Below are positions 11,318 to 19,367 of a DNA stretch of 64,000 bases, piece after piece. How positions within the stretch are numbered: position 1 is the stretch's first letter; every line of letters starts with the position of its first letter. The notes below the pieces were generated by a model that did not search any database, was not told the origin of the DNA, and worked only from the letters and a program-made list of their open reading frames with translations. The position numbers were made by a program, and so were the translations under genes. The stretch is from Eisenibacter elegans DSM 3317 (lineage in GTDB: Bacteria; Bacteroidota; Bacteroidia; Cytophagales; Microscillaceae), in assembly GCF_000430505.1 (NCBI RefSeq), contig NZ_AUMD01000021.1, positions 64,001 to 128,000 of the forward strand. The letters are read 5' to 3'.

Positions 11318-12004
11318 ATGCAGATGCCCATGGAGGAAAACTCTTGGTTGTATATGGAGCTGAACAAGGTGTCGCCACACTATCTCGACATCTTGTGGGC
11401 AGATGGATGGCGGCATTTTGGCAGCTTTTTTTTCCGGGATAAGTTTGGGTTTCATCGCGGTCAGAAAGTCCCTATCTTGCCGCTGCGTATCAATCTCCAC
11501 AAGTTCCGTTTTTCTAAGAGCCAACAAAAGCTGCTCAAACGACAAGCCGCCAGCGAAGTACTGATACGGACAGCACATATTGATGACGCTAAATACGAAA
11601 TGTTTTTCAAACACATTCATCGGTTTGAAGACAATGTCCCCGATTCTATCCACGATTTCTTGGGCCAAGACCCCTCACAAATCCCAGCCCCGATGTTGGA
11701 GTGTTGTTTGTTGAGGGAAGGGCGGATGTATGCAGTCAGCTTTTTTGATAAGGGCAACAAGGCCAGCTCTAGTGTATACGCTATGTTTGACCCGGCCTAT
11801 GGCCAGCTCAGCCCCGGCTTACACACACTCTTGGCCGAGATAGAGTTTTCCCTTGCCCATCAAATGGATTATGTCTACCTAGGGTATGCGTACCGTGAGT
11901 CTTCACATTATGACTACAAAAAACGCTTCTATGGCCTAGAATTTTATGACTGGAATGGCAAATGGCACGATTATCCACGCCTTACTGGAGAAGATGAAGC
12001 ATAA
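11318..12004 (+). CDS. bpt: Arginyl-tRNA--protein transferase family (bacterial Bpt, Asp/Glu leucyltransferase-like).
   Basis: It is 228 aa with an N-terminal ATE_N-like segment (WRHFG, FFRD) and a C-terminal YLGY...YK..F motif. Confidence 0.55.
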   Translation: MQMPMEENSWLYMELNKVSPHYLDILWADGWRHFGSFFFRDKFGFHRGQKVPILPLRINLHKFRFSKSQQKLLKRQAASEVLIRTAHIDDAKYEMFFKHIHRFEDNVPDSIHDFLGQDPSQIPAPMLECCLLREGRMYAVSFFDKGNKASSSVYAMFDPAYGQLSPGLHTLLAEIEFSLAHQMDYVYLGYAYRESSHYDYKKRFYGLEFYDWNGKWHDYPRLTGEDEA

Positions 12005-12008
12005 TAGG

Positions 12009-12106
12009 CCCAATCAAAACTGGTTTGGGAAATGTATTTGAAAATCCTTGAGACCCAAGAAAATTAACCCTTACAAACCCTCAAATCAAGTGAATCTTGG
12101 TATAAA
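12009..12106 (+). repeat. Family-A intergenic repeat, full copy.
   Basis: The sequence is cccaatcaaaactggtttgggaaatgtatttgaaaatccttgagacccaagaaaatt...caaatcaagtgaatcttggtataaaa. It begins 4 bp after the bpt stop. Confidence 0.7.
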
Positions 12107-12189
12107 ATCTAGGCAAAAGCTTGGATAGTTCATTAGAACTCTGTAATATTGCAATCGCTTTTGGAAACACCTGATTTTCGAAAGCCTCC

Positions 12190-12266
12190 GGACCCATAGC
12201 TCAGTCGGTTAGAGCATCTGACTCATAATCAGAGGGTCGCTGGTTCGAGCCCAGCTGGGTCCACCA
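12190..12266 (+). tRNA. tRNA with a CAT anticodon, either Met elongator-type or Ile2 (lysidine).
   Basis: A cloverleaf can be drawn on ggacccatagctcagtcggttagagcatctgactCATaatcagagggtcgctggttcgagcccagctgggtccacca. The G1-C72 pair argues against an initiator tRNA. The anticodon stem-loop resembles tRNA-Ile(CAU). Confidence 0.85.
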
Positions 12267-12293
12267 AGCTGTTAGCCAAACAGACTAATACAA

Positions 12294-12380
12294 ATGCCTC
12301 AAACAATACTACATACTTCAGGAAGTTGGTGGCGCGGTCAAGACCTGACTGCTGCCGAAAGACCTGCGTATGTACGGTGA
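12294..12380 (+). CDS. trpL: Putative trp leader peptide, 28 aa, with tandem Trp codons.
   Basis: The ORF ATG...TGA encodes MPQTILHTSGSWWRGQDLTAAERPAYVR, with TGG TGG at 12327-12332. A hairpin and an intrinsic terminator follow immediately, just upstream of trpE. Confidence 0.45.
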   Translation: MPQTILHTSGSWWRGQDLTAAERPAYVR

Positions 12381-12431
12381 GGAAAGCAGCACACCGACAG
12401 GTGTGTTTGTGTACTCCCAAAAACTTACAAA

Positions 12432-12460
12432 GCTCATTGCCTCGGCAGTGAGCTTTTTTT
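12432..12460 (+). terminator. Intrinsic terminator (attenuator) in the trpE leader.
   Basis: The 10-bp stem is gctcattgcc / ggcagtgagc (one G-U pair) with a 2-nt loop, followed by T7. It lies 64 nt upstream of the trpE ATG. Confidence 0.65.
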
Positions 12461-12523
12461 GTTGTCCAAACTTGATTACAGCTTCCCCAAAACACTTCTT
12501 ATCACCTATTTCTACCCAACACA

Positions 12524-13945
12524 ATGCTCCCACGCTACCAACTCCAAACCCAACACAAACGCTTGCTGGCTGACACACTGACGCCGGTGAGTATCTATCT
12601 CAAGGTGCGCGACAAGTTTCCCAATGCCATCTTGCTCGAAAGCTCGGACTACCACGGAGCCGAAAACACCTTTTCCTATATTTGCTTCGCACCAATGGCA
12701 GGCTTTAGTCTCAGCCAAGGAAAGGTTACGTATAGTTACGCCAATGGCCAAAATATCCAGCGTCAGCTAACACAACCCCAAGAGGCTATCGGGGCTTTGC
12801 AAACTTTTTTGGACAGCTTTGAGGCCGAAAAGCTGCCCTTCCATTTCATCACCCAGGGGGTGTTTGGCTATACGACATACGATGCTGTCCAGTATTTTGA
12901 AGAAGTTTCGATTCAGCGCCCAAGCAATGCCGACACTCACATTCCGGAGATGCGTTATCACCTCTACGGCTATGTAATTGCCATCAACCACTTCAAAAAC
13001 GAGCTATATCTCTTTGAGCATAGCTGCCCGGAGCTGCCCGGGGTTACCAATGGGTTAGAGGTCATCGAGGCGCTCCTACACAACAAAAATGTACCTGCCT
13101 ACAGCTTCAGCTGTGTTGGCGAAGAACAGGCCAATATGGACGATGCCCACTTTCTGAAGATGATTGCTCAGGGGCAACAACACTGTAAGCGGGGCGATGT
13201 GTTTCAGATAGTGCTCTCTAGGCGCTTTTCGCAAGCTTTCAAAGGAGACGAGTTTAATGTGTACCGAGCGCTGCGCTCCATCAACCCCTCGCCCTACTTG
13301 TTTTATTTTGACTATGGTAGCTTCAAGATTTTTGGCTCTTCGCCCGAAGCGCAGCTGGTGGTCAAAGGGCAAAAGGCCGAGATACACCCCATCGCGGGGA
13401 CGTTCAAACGTACCGGCAACGACGAGTCCGACGCAGAGCTAGCCCGCCTACTCGCCGCCGATGAAAAAGAAAACGCTGAGCACGTGATGCTCGTAGACTT
13501 AGCCCGCAACGACCTCAGCCGCAATGGCAGTCAGGTACAGGTCGAGACCTTCAAAGAAATCCAGTATTACTCACACCTCATCCACTTGGTGTCGAAGGTA
13601 ACGGCACATATCCCACCACAAACAGCGGCCTTACAGTTATTTGCCGATACTTTTCCCGCCGGCACGCTCTCCGGCGCTCCCAAACACCGAGCCCTGACCC
13701 TGATAAACCGCTACGAGCCTTCGAACCGAGGGTATTATGGCGGCGCTATTGGCTTTATGAGCTTCGAGGGAGAGCTCAACCACGCTATTATGATTCGTTC
13801 ATTCTTGAGCCAAGGCAACCGGCTGCATTATCAGGCCGGCGCGGGGGTTGTTTCTAAGTCTGTTCCTGAGAATGAGCTAGAAGAAGTGCATAACAAGCTT
13901 CGCGCCCTGCGTACTGCCCTTCAAGAAGCGCAAAATATCCGCTAA
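12524..13945 (+). CDS. trpE: Anthranilate synthase component I.
   Basis: It has the chorismate-binding enzyme fold (LVDLARNDLSR, GAIGF), is 473 aa, and is followed by a glutamine amidotransferase gene. The Trp-codon leader upstream supports TrpE over PabB. Confidence 0.8.
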   Translation: MLPRYQLQTQHKRLLADTLTPVSIYLKVRDKFPNAILLESSDYHGAENTFSYICFAPMAGFSLSQGKVTYSYANGQNIQRQLTQPQEAIGALQTFLDSFEAEKLPFHFITQGVFGYTTYDAVQYFEEVSIQRPSNADTHIPEMRYHLYGYVIAINHFKNELYLFEHSCPELPGVTNGLEVIEALLHNKNVPAYSFSCVGEEQANMDDAHFLKMIAQGQQHCKRGDVFQIVLSRRFSQAFKGDEFNVYRALRSINPSPYLFYFDYGSFKIFGSSPEAQLVVKGQKAEIHPIAGTFKRTGNDESDAELARLLAADEKENAEHVMLVDLARNDLSRNGSQVQVETFKEIQYYSHLIHLVSKVTAHIPPQTAALQLFADTFPAGTLSGAPKHRALTLINRYEPSNRGYYGGAIGFMSFEGELNHAIMIRSFLSQGNRLHYQAGAGVVSKSVPENELEEVHNKLRALRTALQEAQNIR

Positions 13946-13963
13946 TCCCTTTGAGAAATCAAT

Positions 13964-14530
13964 ATGAAAATTTTAGTACTCGACAACTACGACTCTTTTG
14001 TGTACAATCTCGTACATCTTTTGCGCGAACTAGGGCATAGCCCTGAGGTGTTCCGCAACAACAAACTGCCCTTGGAGGCAGTGGCAGCTTATGATAAAAT
14101 CCTGCTTTCGCCGGGGCCGGGCATCCCCTCCGAAGCAGGGTTGATGCCGCAAATCATCGAAGCGTATGCTGCTCAGAAAAGCATCTTGGGCGTATGCCTA
14201 GGCCATCAGGCCATCGGAGAGGCGTTTGGTGCCCAACTTCACAATTTGCCCGAAGTCTTGCATGGCATCAGTTCTACGATGCACATCACAGATACTTCAG
14301 AGCCGCTTTTTGCCGGCTTGCCTGAGCAACTCTCCATCGGCCACTATCATTCTTGGGTTGTAGAAGCAGGAAGTCTACCCGAAAGCCTGCGCATCACCGC
14401 AACGGATGAGCGCGGCCACGTAATGGCCTTGGCTCATACCCGATATGATGTGCGTGGCGTGCAATTTCACCCTGAGTCGGTGATGACCGCCCACGGACGA
14501 GAAATGCTGGCCAATTGGTTGGGAATCTAA
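13964..14530 (+). CDS. trpG: Anthranilate synthase component II (glutamine amidotransferase).
   Basis: It has the class I GATase motifs GVCLGHQAIG and GVQFHPES and is 188 aa. Confidence 0.8.
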   Translation: MKILVLDNYDSFVYNLVHLLRELGHSPEVFRNNKLPLEAVAAYDKILLSPGPGIPSEAGLMPQIIEAYAAQKSILGVCLGHQAIGEAFGAQLHNLPEVLHGISSTMHITDTSEPLFAGLPEQLSIGHYHSWVVEAGSLPESLRITATDERGHVMALAHTRYDVRGVQFHPESVMTAHGREMLANWLGI

Positions 14531-14544
14531 GCGCCTCTCCCACT

Positions 14545-14657
14545 ATTGGCTCATTTATATCAAGACGCACGAGATTTAAGGATGTACAGGGTTTGATTTT
14601 CTTGATTATCAAGGATTTTCAGCACACATATTTCCCAAACCAATTGTGGTTGAGTAT
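14545..14657 (-). repeat. Family-A intergenic repeat, full copy in reverse orientation.
   Basis: The sequence is ttatatcaagacgcacgagattt...gattttcttgattatcaaggattttc...atttcccaaaccaattgtggttgagtata. It starts 15 bp after the trpG stop. Confidence 0.7.
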
Positions 14658-14685
14658 AAAAAAACCCACGGGTGAAGCCGTGGGT
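14658..14685 (-). terminator. Putative terminator for the minus-strand genes.
   Basis: The hairpin is cccacgg gtgaagc ccgtggg preceded by A7 on the plus strand, which gives a T7 tail on the minus strand. Confidence 0.5.
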
Positions 14686-14761
14686 TAAAAAATAAGATTT
14701 CTTACTATCCTGAAGCCAGCGTTATTTCATAAACTGGTGTCGGCTTAGGGTTATTGATGGT

Positions 14762-15053
14762 TTATTTTTTTCGCAGTTGTTGTATGGTCTCTATTGCCAA
14801 CCCGGTGAGTTGTTGGATAATATGCTCATCCAATCCTTCTCTAATCGCTTTTTGGGCAGTCTGAACTATAGTGTTTACCTGATTTTTCTTTGTCGCGGTA
14901 GTTTAGGGCTTTTACAGATGGCAACTCATTGGCAAGCAGGTTATTGAGGAAATCAGTCAGTAAATCTTTGTTGCGTTCGGTATCAAAGATACGCTTGAAT
15001 CCGAAATCAGTAAAGAGGTCAATACAGCGCCCTATGGATGAAGCGTGAGCCAT
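14762..15053 (-). pseudogene. Degraded remnant of an Rpn-family (PD-(D/E)XK nuclease-family) transposase or recombination-promoting nuclease.
   Basis: The 70-aa ORF starts MAHASSIGRCIDLFTDFGFKRIFDTERNKDLLTDFLNNLL, matching the conserved N-terminus of Rpn/YhgA-like proteins (YIDPLTDFGFK.LFG...NKDLLIDFLN). After a frameshift, a +1 frame encodes NTIVQTAQKAIREGLDEHIIQQLTGLAIETIQQLRKK, which resembles the Rpn C-terminal helix-turn-helix tail. The catalytic core of about 200 aa is missing. Confidence 0.45.
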
Positions 15054-15093
15054 TGTGTGGGAGGTTAGGGAGATGTAGGGTTTGGGCAGTAGT

Positions 15094-15462
15094 TTAGGTT
15101 TTTGACCAATTGAGCAGTTCTCGCTGCCTTCGGGGTAGCTTGTCTACTACAAGTTCGTAGGAGTGTCGTATCCAATGTCGTATTTCATCGTCGGTGAGTT
15201 CTCCATTCATCAGGATGGTATTCCAATGTCGTTTGCTCATGTGATAACCCGGCTGTATAGCCTCATACATTTCGCGTAGTTCAAGGGCTTTTTCGGGATC
15301 ACATTTGAGGTTGATACTCTCAAATTCGTTGAGGTCAGTTGCGGCAAACATTTTATCAAACACCTTGAAAACGAGGGTATTCTCATCAAAAGGGAGGCTT
15401 TCACTTGTTTCGGGAAAGGCTAGGCAGTAGTTTCTAAACTCTTCTATATTCATAAGCGGCAA
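15094..15462 (-). CDS. MmcQ/YjbR family DNA-binding protein.
   Basis: This 122-aa protein has FDENTLVFKV, KCDPE and HMSKRHWNTI, which match the MmcQ/YjbR family. Confidence 0.65.
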   Translation of the reverse strand: MPLMNIEEFRNYCLAFPETSESLPFDENTLVFKVFDKMFAATDLNEFESINLKCDPEKALELREMYEAIQPGYHMSKRHWNTILMNGELTDDEIRHWIRHSYELVVDKLPRRQRELLNWSKT

Positions 15463-15761
15463 GCAACTTGGGTTAGGGAGAAATCGTCGGAAGTAGAAAG
15501 ATACAAAAATTTGAGCTAAACCCCATCCGCCTCCCCTCAGATGCCAGCCAAACGAGCCGGCAATGGCTATGTTGAGAGTCCAGATATATTCAAAAACACC
15601 TTATTTATTACGTATAGAGTTACTTAGGTGCTTACAAGGGAATTCAAAAGTACGGTATTCGGCAAGCCGAGTATCGCGGTCTAAATCTCGAAACAAATCG
15701 TTTTGGGACGAGTTATCAAACAAGTATTTGTCTGAAACCCAAACCGCTAAACAATAGATTT

Positions 15762-16181
15762 TTGGAAACATTAAGCAATAGAGATTCTGTGGTGAAAGCA
15801 TTAAGACCCCAATTACCTATAGAAGTGCCTAGCGCAGAGCATGCGTTGGCGCATTTCCAGACCAATGTTTTGCGCCCCATCCTCAAGTTTCAGCACGAGG
15901 TGCTGATGCAATATTTTGAGGCGCATCTCAAACGGACGCATACTGATTTGGCCAAAATACCCCTCAGCAGCCGTATAACTTATATTACACAGATGTTAAA
16001 CCGTAATCAACCCCTGAAGTATATGTTGTTTGGGATGATTTGGGGGATGCTGACCGAAGAAGAGGCGTTGTTTTATGAGCAAAACCATCAAGAACTGAAC
16101 AAGCGCCTGACCCAGTTTCTGGCCAAGCGTTTGTGTGATGGTTGGTGTGAGTCATATCCGGAGGGATGCCTCTTAGCATAG
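15762..16181 (+). CDS. Hypothetical protein.
   Basis: It is a 139-aa ORF with coding-like composition, convergent with pheA and overlapping it by 9 nt. Confidence 0.4.
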   Translation: METLSNRDSVVKALRPQLPIEVPSAEHALAHFQTNVLRPILKFQHEVLMQYFEAHLKRTHTDLAKIPLSSRITYITQMLNRNQPLKYMLFGMIWGMLTEEEALFYEQNHQELNKRLTQFLAKRLCDGWCESYPEGCLLA

Positions 16182-17249
16182 CTTGACATAACTGCCAAGA
16201 CAGCGTATATTGGCTGCGTAGCGTGTCAGAATATCTTTTAAGTTGTCTTGCTCGGCGTGGCCGTCGATTTCGATATAAAAACGAGAGTTGAATTTATGTT
16301 GTTCACGCGCCGGGCGGCTTTCAATTTTACTAAGATTGATGCGTGCCTTGTCAAACTCACTCAAGAAAGAGGCTAGGCTGCCGGGTTGGTCGGGGAGCTG
16401 GGCGACAATGGTAGTTTTATCTTGACCACTAGGTTGGTTGTTGAAATCCTTACTAAGAATCAAAAACCGTGTACGATTGTTGGGGCTATCTTCGATGTTA
16501 TAAAACAAGATAGGCAGCTGATAGAGCTTAGCGCCGATGGCAGCACAGATTGCGGCGCTGTTGTCGCGTTCCATAGCGAGTTGAGCGGCTTTTGAGGTTG
16601 ATTCTACTGGCACCAGCTCTGCGTTGGCCTGAGGGAAATACTCTTCCAAAAACTTCTGGCATTGCAAAAAACCTTGGTCTTTGGAGAAGATATAACGAAT
16701 GTCTTTAAGGTTGTCGTAGCGGCTGGCAAAAGTATGATGTATGGGCAGCAAAATTTCAGCAACAATTTTGACATCGTGCTCCATGAGTGCATCAAGGCTT
16801 TCAGCGACTACACCAGCCTGGTTGTTTTCTATCGGGATGACACCAAAGCGAACCCTTTCTGTAACGACATTCTCAAAAACAGATTTAATAGAAGGTAAGG
16901 GTAGATATTGGCTCATTACGCCAAAGCGGCTTTCGGCGGCCTGGTGTGTGTAGCTGCCTTCAGGGCCAAGATAGGCTACTTTTTCGGGCAGTTCTAGGTT
17001 GCGGCTGGCGGCAAATATTTCTAAAAATACTGCTTCGATGGCCGCACGGTTGAGGGGCGCGTTGGCTGTAAGCTTACCGCTCAGGCGGTCGATAATGTCT
17101 TTTTCGCGCTCAGGACGATAGATAATGGCGTTATTGGTGCGTTTTAGTTCGCCTACTTGGCGAACTACCTCCATCCGTTGGTTGAGTAACTCTACCAATT
17201 GATCATCTATCTGGTCTATGGTTTGGCGTAGGGCTTCGAGCGTTTTCAT
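16173..17249 (-). CDS. pheA: Bifunctional chorismate mutase / prephenate dehydratase.
   Basis: The N-terminal chorismate mutase region reads MKTLEALRQTIDQIDDQLVELLNQRM. The prephenate dehydratase domain (VAYLGPEGSYTHQAA, TRF) and a C-terminal ACT domain follow. The ORF extends to 17351; the start was chosen at MKTLE. Confidence 0.85.
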   Translation of the reverse strand: MKTLEALRQTIDQIDDQLVELLNQRMEVVRQVGELKRTNNAIIYRPEREKDIIDRLSGKLTANAPLNRAAIEAVFLEIFAASRNLELPEKVAYLGPEGSYTHQAAESRFGVMSQYLPLPSIKSVFENVVTERVRFGVIPIENNQAGVVAESLDALMEHDVKIVAEILLPIHHTFASRYDNLKDIRYIFSKDQGFLQCQKFLEEYFPQANAELVPVESTSKAAQLAMERDNSAAICAAIGAKLYQLPILFYNIEDSPNNRTRFLILSKDFNNQPSGQDKTTIVAQLPDQPGSLASFLSEFDKARINLSKIESRPAREQHKFNSRFYIEIDGHAEQDNLKDILTRYAANIRCLGSYVKLC

Positions 17250-17515
17250 TAGCTTCTCTCTATCAAATATTTGGCTACAAATTGCTTCAAAGTAAGACTT
17301 ACCCAAAGGCAAGCGCAACAAAGTGTAGCAAAAAACGAGGGCGTGATTCAAATTAACCGTCGTGTTTGTGCTAATACAAGTAACAATGGTACTTTATAGA
17401 GTTTTGCTTGTCAGGTTCATTTACCAAAAGCAAGAGCATAGCGGACGGAAGTTGAACGAAAAAGTGTAGCTTTGTTGTTGATTAATGATTGTTTACCCAC
17501 AAACTATTAATAACT

Positions 17516-17953
17516 ATGATTAAAGCAGCTATCCATACGGCCTACGGAGTAATGGAAGTGGCATTTTTTGAAAAAGATGCTCCTAAGACAGTAGAAAACT
17601 TTGTAAAGCTTTCTGAATCAGGATTTTATGATGAACTGACTTTCCATCGTGTTATTCCCAACTTTGTTGTGCAGGCTGGATGCCCCGAGGGTACAGGAAG
17701 GGGAGGCCCGGGCTATCGTATTGACTGTGAGCTTACTGGCGACAACCAATACCACGACCGTGGCGTGCTTTCGATGGCTCACGCAGGGCGCAACACCGGA
17801 GGGTCGCAGTTTTTTATCTGCCATAACCGCCAAAACACACAGCACCTTGATCGAAAACATACTGTTTTTGGCAAGGTAGTAGATGGAATCGATATTGTTG
17901 ACCAGATTAAGCAAGGCGACAAAATCGAGAAAATTGTGATTGAGCGCAGCTAA
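17516..17953 (+). CDS. ppiB: Peptidyl-prolyl cis-trans isomerase, cyclophilin type.
   Basis: It has FHRVIPNFVVQAG, GGSQFFI and HTVFGKVV. The start was chosen at MIKAAIHT; the ORF begins at 17489. Confidence 0.85.
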   Translation: MIKAAIHTAYGVMEVAFFEKDAPKTVENFVKLSESGFYDELTFHRVIPNFVVQAGCPEGTGRGGPGYRIDCELTGDNQYHDRGVLSMAHAGRNTGGSQFFICHNRQNTQHLDRKHTVFGKVVDGIDIVDQIKQGDKIEKIVIERS

Positions 17954-18056
17954 AAAATGATGCTACCGCGACTTAGACCTATAAAGTCAGCAACAACTCC
18001 CTTAATGAGAGGTTGGCAAACCTGTTGTTAAGGGAGTGGGCAAAAATACAGTTACA

Positions 18057-18094
18057 AAAACCTATAGGGCTTTTACAAAAGCACTATAGGTTTT
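18057..18094. terminator. Bidirectional terminator between ppiB and the DUF1987 gene.
   Basis: The long near-palindrome aaaacctatagggcttttacaaaagcactataggtttt has T-runs on both strands. Confidence 0.5.
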
Positions 18095-18112
18095 GGCTTA
18101 GGCTGGTAAGTT

Positions 18113-18490
18113 CTACTTAGAGTGTAGTTCGATATTAAGGTTAATCAACGATTTGAAGTCATTGCCAGATTCTTCCATATCCTCATCTCCATCATCATAA
18201 AACCATTTGACAGAGACCTCGGTTTTGTTGGTTTCTTGTACCTTTTCGAGTTGGCGCAGCAAGTCTAAGATACACTTAGAAGAGGCGGTGTTGAAATATT
18301 CCAAATTGAAAACCATCTTGGTTTGCAGCTTTGGATTGTTCATATATTGTTCTAGCCAGTCGAGCAGCGGCTTATAAAAATTAATTGCGTGTTCGGGGAT
18401 AGATCTACCTGAAATTTCTAGTTCACCCGTCTCTGCGTTGAAATGCACATATGGAGAGCGTGCAGTTCCTTCAATATGAATGTTTTCCAT
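18113..18490 (-). CDS. DUF1987 domain protein (SiaC-like partner-switch phosphoprotein).
   Basis: This 125-aa protein has MENIHIEGTARSPYVHFNAETGELEISGRSIPEHAINFYKPLLDWLEQY and LEYFNTASS, which match the DUF1987/SiaC pattern. It lies immediately downstream of the SiaB-like kinase gene. Confidence 0.65.
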   Translation of the reverse strand: MENIHIEGTARSPYVHFNAETGELEISGRSIPEHAINFYKPLLDWLEQYMNNPKLQTKMVFNLEYFNTASSKCILDLLRQLEKVQETNKTEVSVKWFYDDGDEDMEESGNDFKSLINLNIELHSK

Positions 18491-18514
18491 TTAGAATAGA
18501 TTGCTAATGGTTTG

Positions 18515-19072
18515 TTAAATAACAACTTTTACTTGTATGCTATAAAATGCGTACGCATCATCGATGACATCAAAGTGGTAGTCAATTTTTTCGCCTGATT
18601 TACGCGCAATATCTATCAGCCCAAGACCAGCGCCACCGGTATCAGAAGTAGGCTCTTCGGTGGTATTTTCGAGGACTTCTTTGTAGAGCGCTTTGAGTGC
18701 TTGGCTATCCAATGAGTTGACGTGATCGAGGCGCGTTTGCAACTTTTCGATGCGATTGGCCTTCATATAGTTGCCCGTAAGTACATAGTAAGCTTCTGGG
18801 CTTTTTTTAATCATTAGTACGGCAGAGAGGTACTTTGGGTTGTCGTTGTCTTGATGTTGATAGTAATTATAAATGTTCTGCAAACACTCTAAAAGGATGT
18901 TAAACACCTTTTTTTTGACCTTGGTATCTTCGGCTCCCTTGTCGAGCTTATCGTCAATGAGTTGGAGGATAGAGGTTAAGAGGCTATCAGTAATCTCGCC
19001 CTTGAAATACAGGATGATTTGCTCATCTTGCATTTTTTTGAAGTAATCATAGACATCTAACATCATAGACAT
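18515..19072 (-). CDS. SiaB-like protein kinase with a GHKL/anti-sigma-factor-type ATPase fold.
   Basis: This 185-aa protein has a C-terminal GGAGLGLIDIARKSG (G-X-G-L-G-L ATP-lid motif of RsbW/SpoIIAB-like serine kinases). It is co-oriented and adjacent to the DUF1987 gene. Confidence 0.55.
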   Translation of the reverse strand: MSMMLDVYDYFKKMQDEQIILYFKGEITDSLLTSILQLIDDKLDKGAEDTKVKKKVFNILLECLQNIYNYYQHQDNDNPKYLSAVLMIKKSPEAYYVLTGNYMKANRIEKLQTRLDHVNSLDSQALKALYKEVLENTTEEPTSDTGGAGLGLIDIARKSGEKIDYHFDVIDDAYAFYSIQVKVVI

Positions 19073-19367
19073 TGTGGTATAAGGTTTGGATAGCCATCGG
19101 GACTAAAAAAAGTAGACGTGTTTGGAGGGCATTTAATAATGGTATTTTGAAAAGATTGTGTGCTTTGCTGACAAATTTATAGAATCTGAAGTGCAAAAGC
19201 AATGCCACAGTAATTTTTCTGAAAGATAATGTTTTTTACCGGCTTGAAACAAGTATGTCCACATCTTTTTGTGTCTAACTTGTAGAAAAGCCCCTATATT
19301 TTAGCAACTTTGCAAAAATATTGCTGCCACCGGGTAGCGCTCAACACCCTTTGGTTCCTCAGAAATT

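Noticed and set aside
12190-12266. The tRNA was considered as the attachment site of an integrated island.
   Set aside because: There is no integrase, no direct repeat of the tRNA 3' end, and no compositional shift nearby. The flanking genes are core genes (bpt, trpE).
12370-12573. A 67-aa plus-strand ORF overlapping the trp leader terminator and the trpE start.
   Set aside because: It runs across the intrinsic terminator hairpin and into trpE out of frame. The attenuator interpretation explains the region better.
17250-17351. The N-terminal extension of the pheA ORF (MNHALVFCYTLLRLPLGKSYFEAICSQIFDREKL) was considered as a Phe leader peptide.
   Set aside because: It has no run of Phe codons and no downstream terminator between it and MKTLE. 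It is more likely just upstream sequence that happens to be in frame.
19073-19367. A purine riboswitch was considered upstream of guaA.
   Set aside because: The conserved purine-riboswitch junction motifs are not visible (UAUA...GUUUCUACC...ACCGUAAAU-like).
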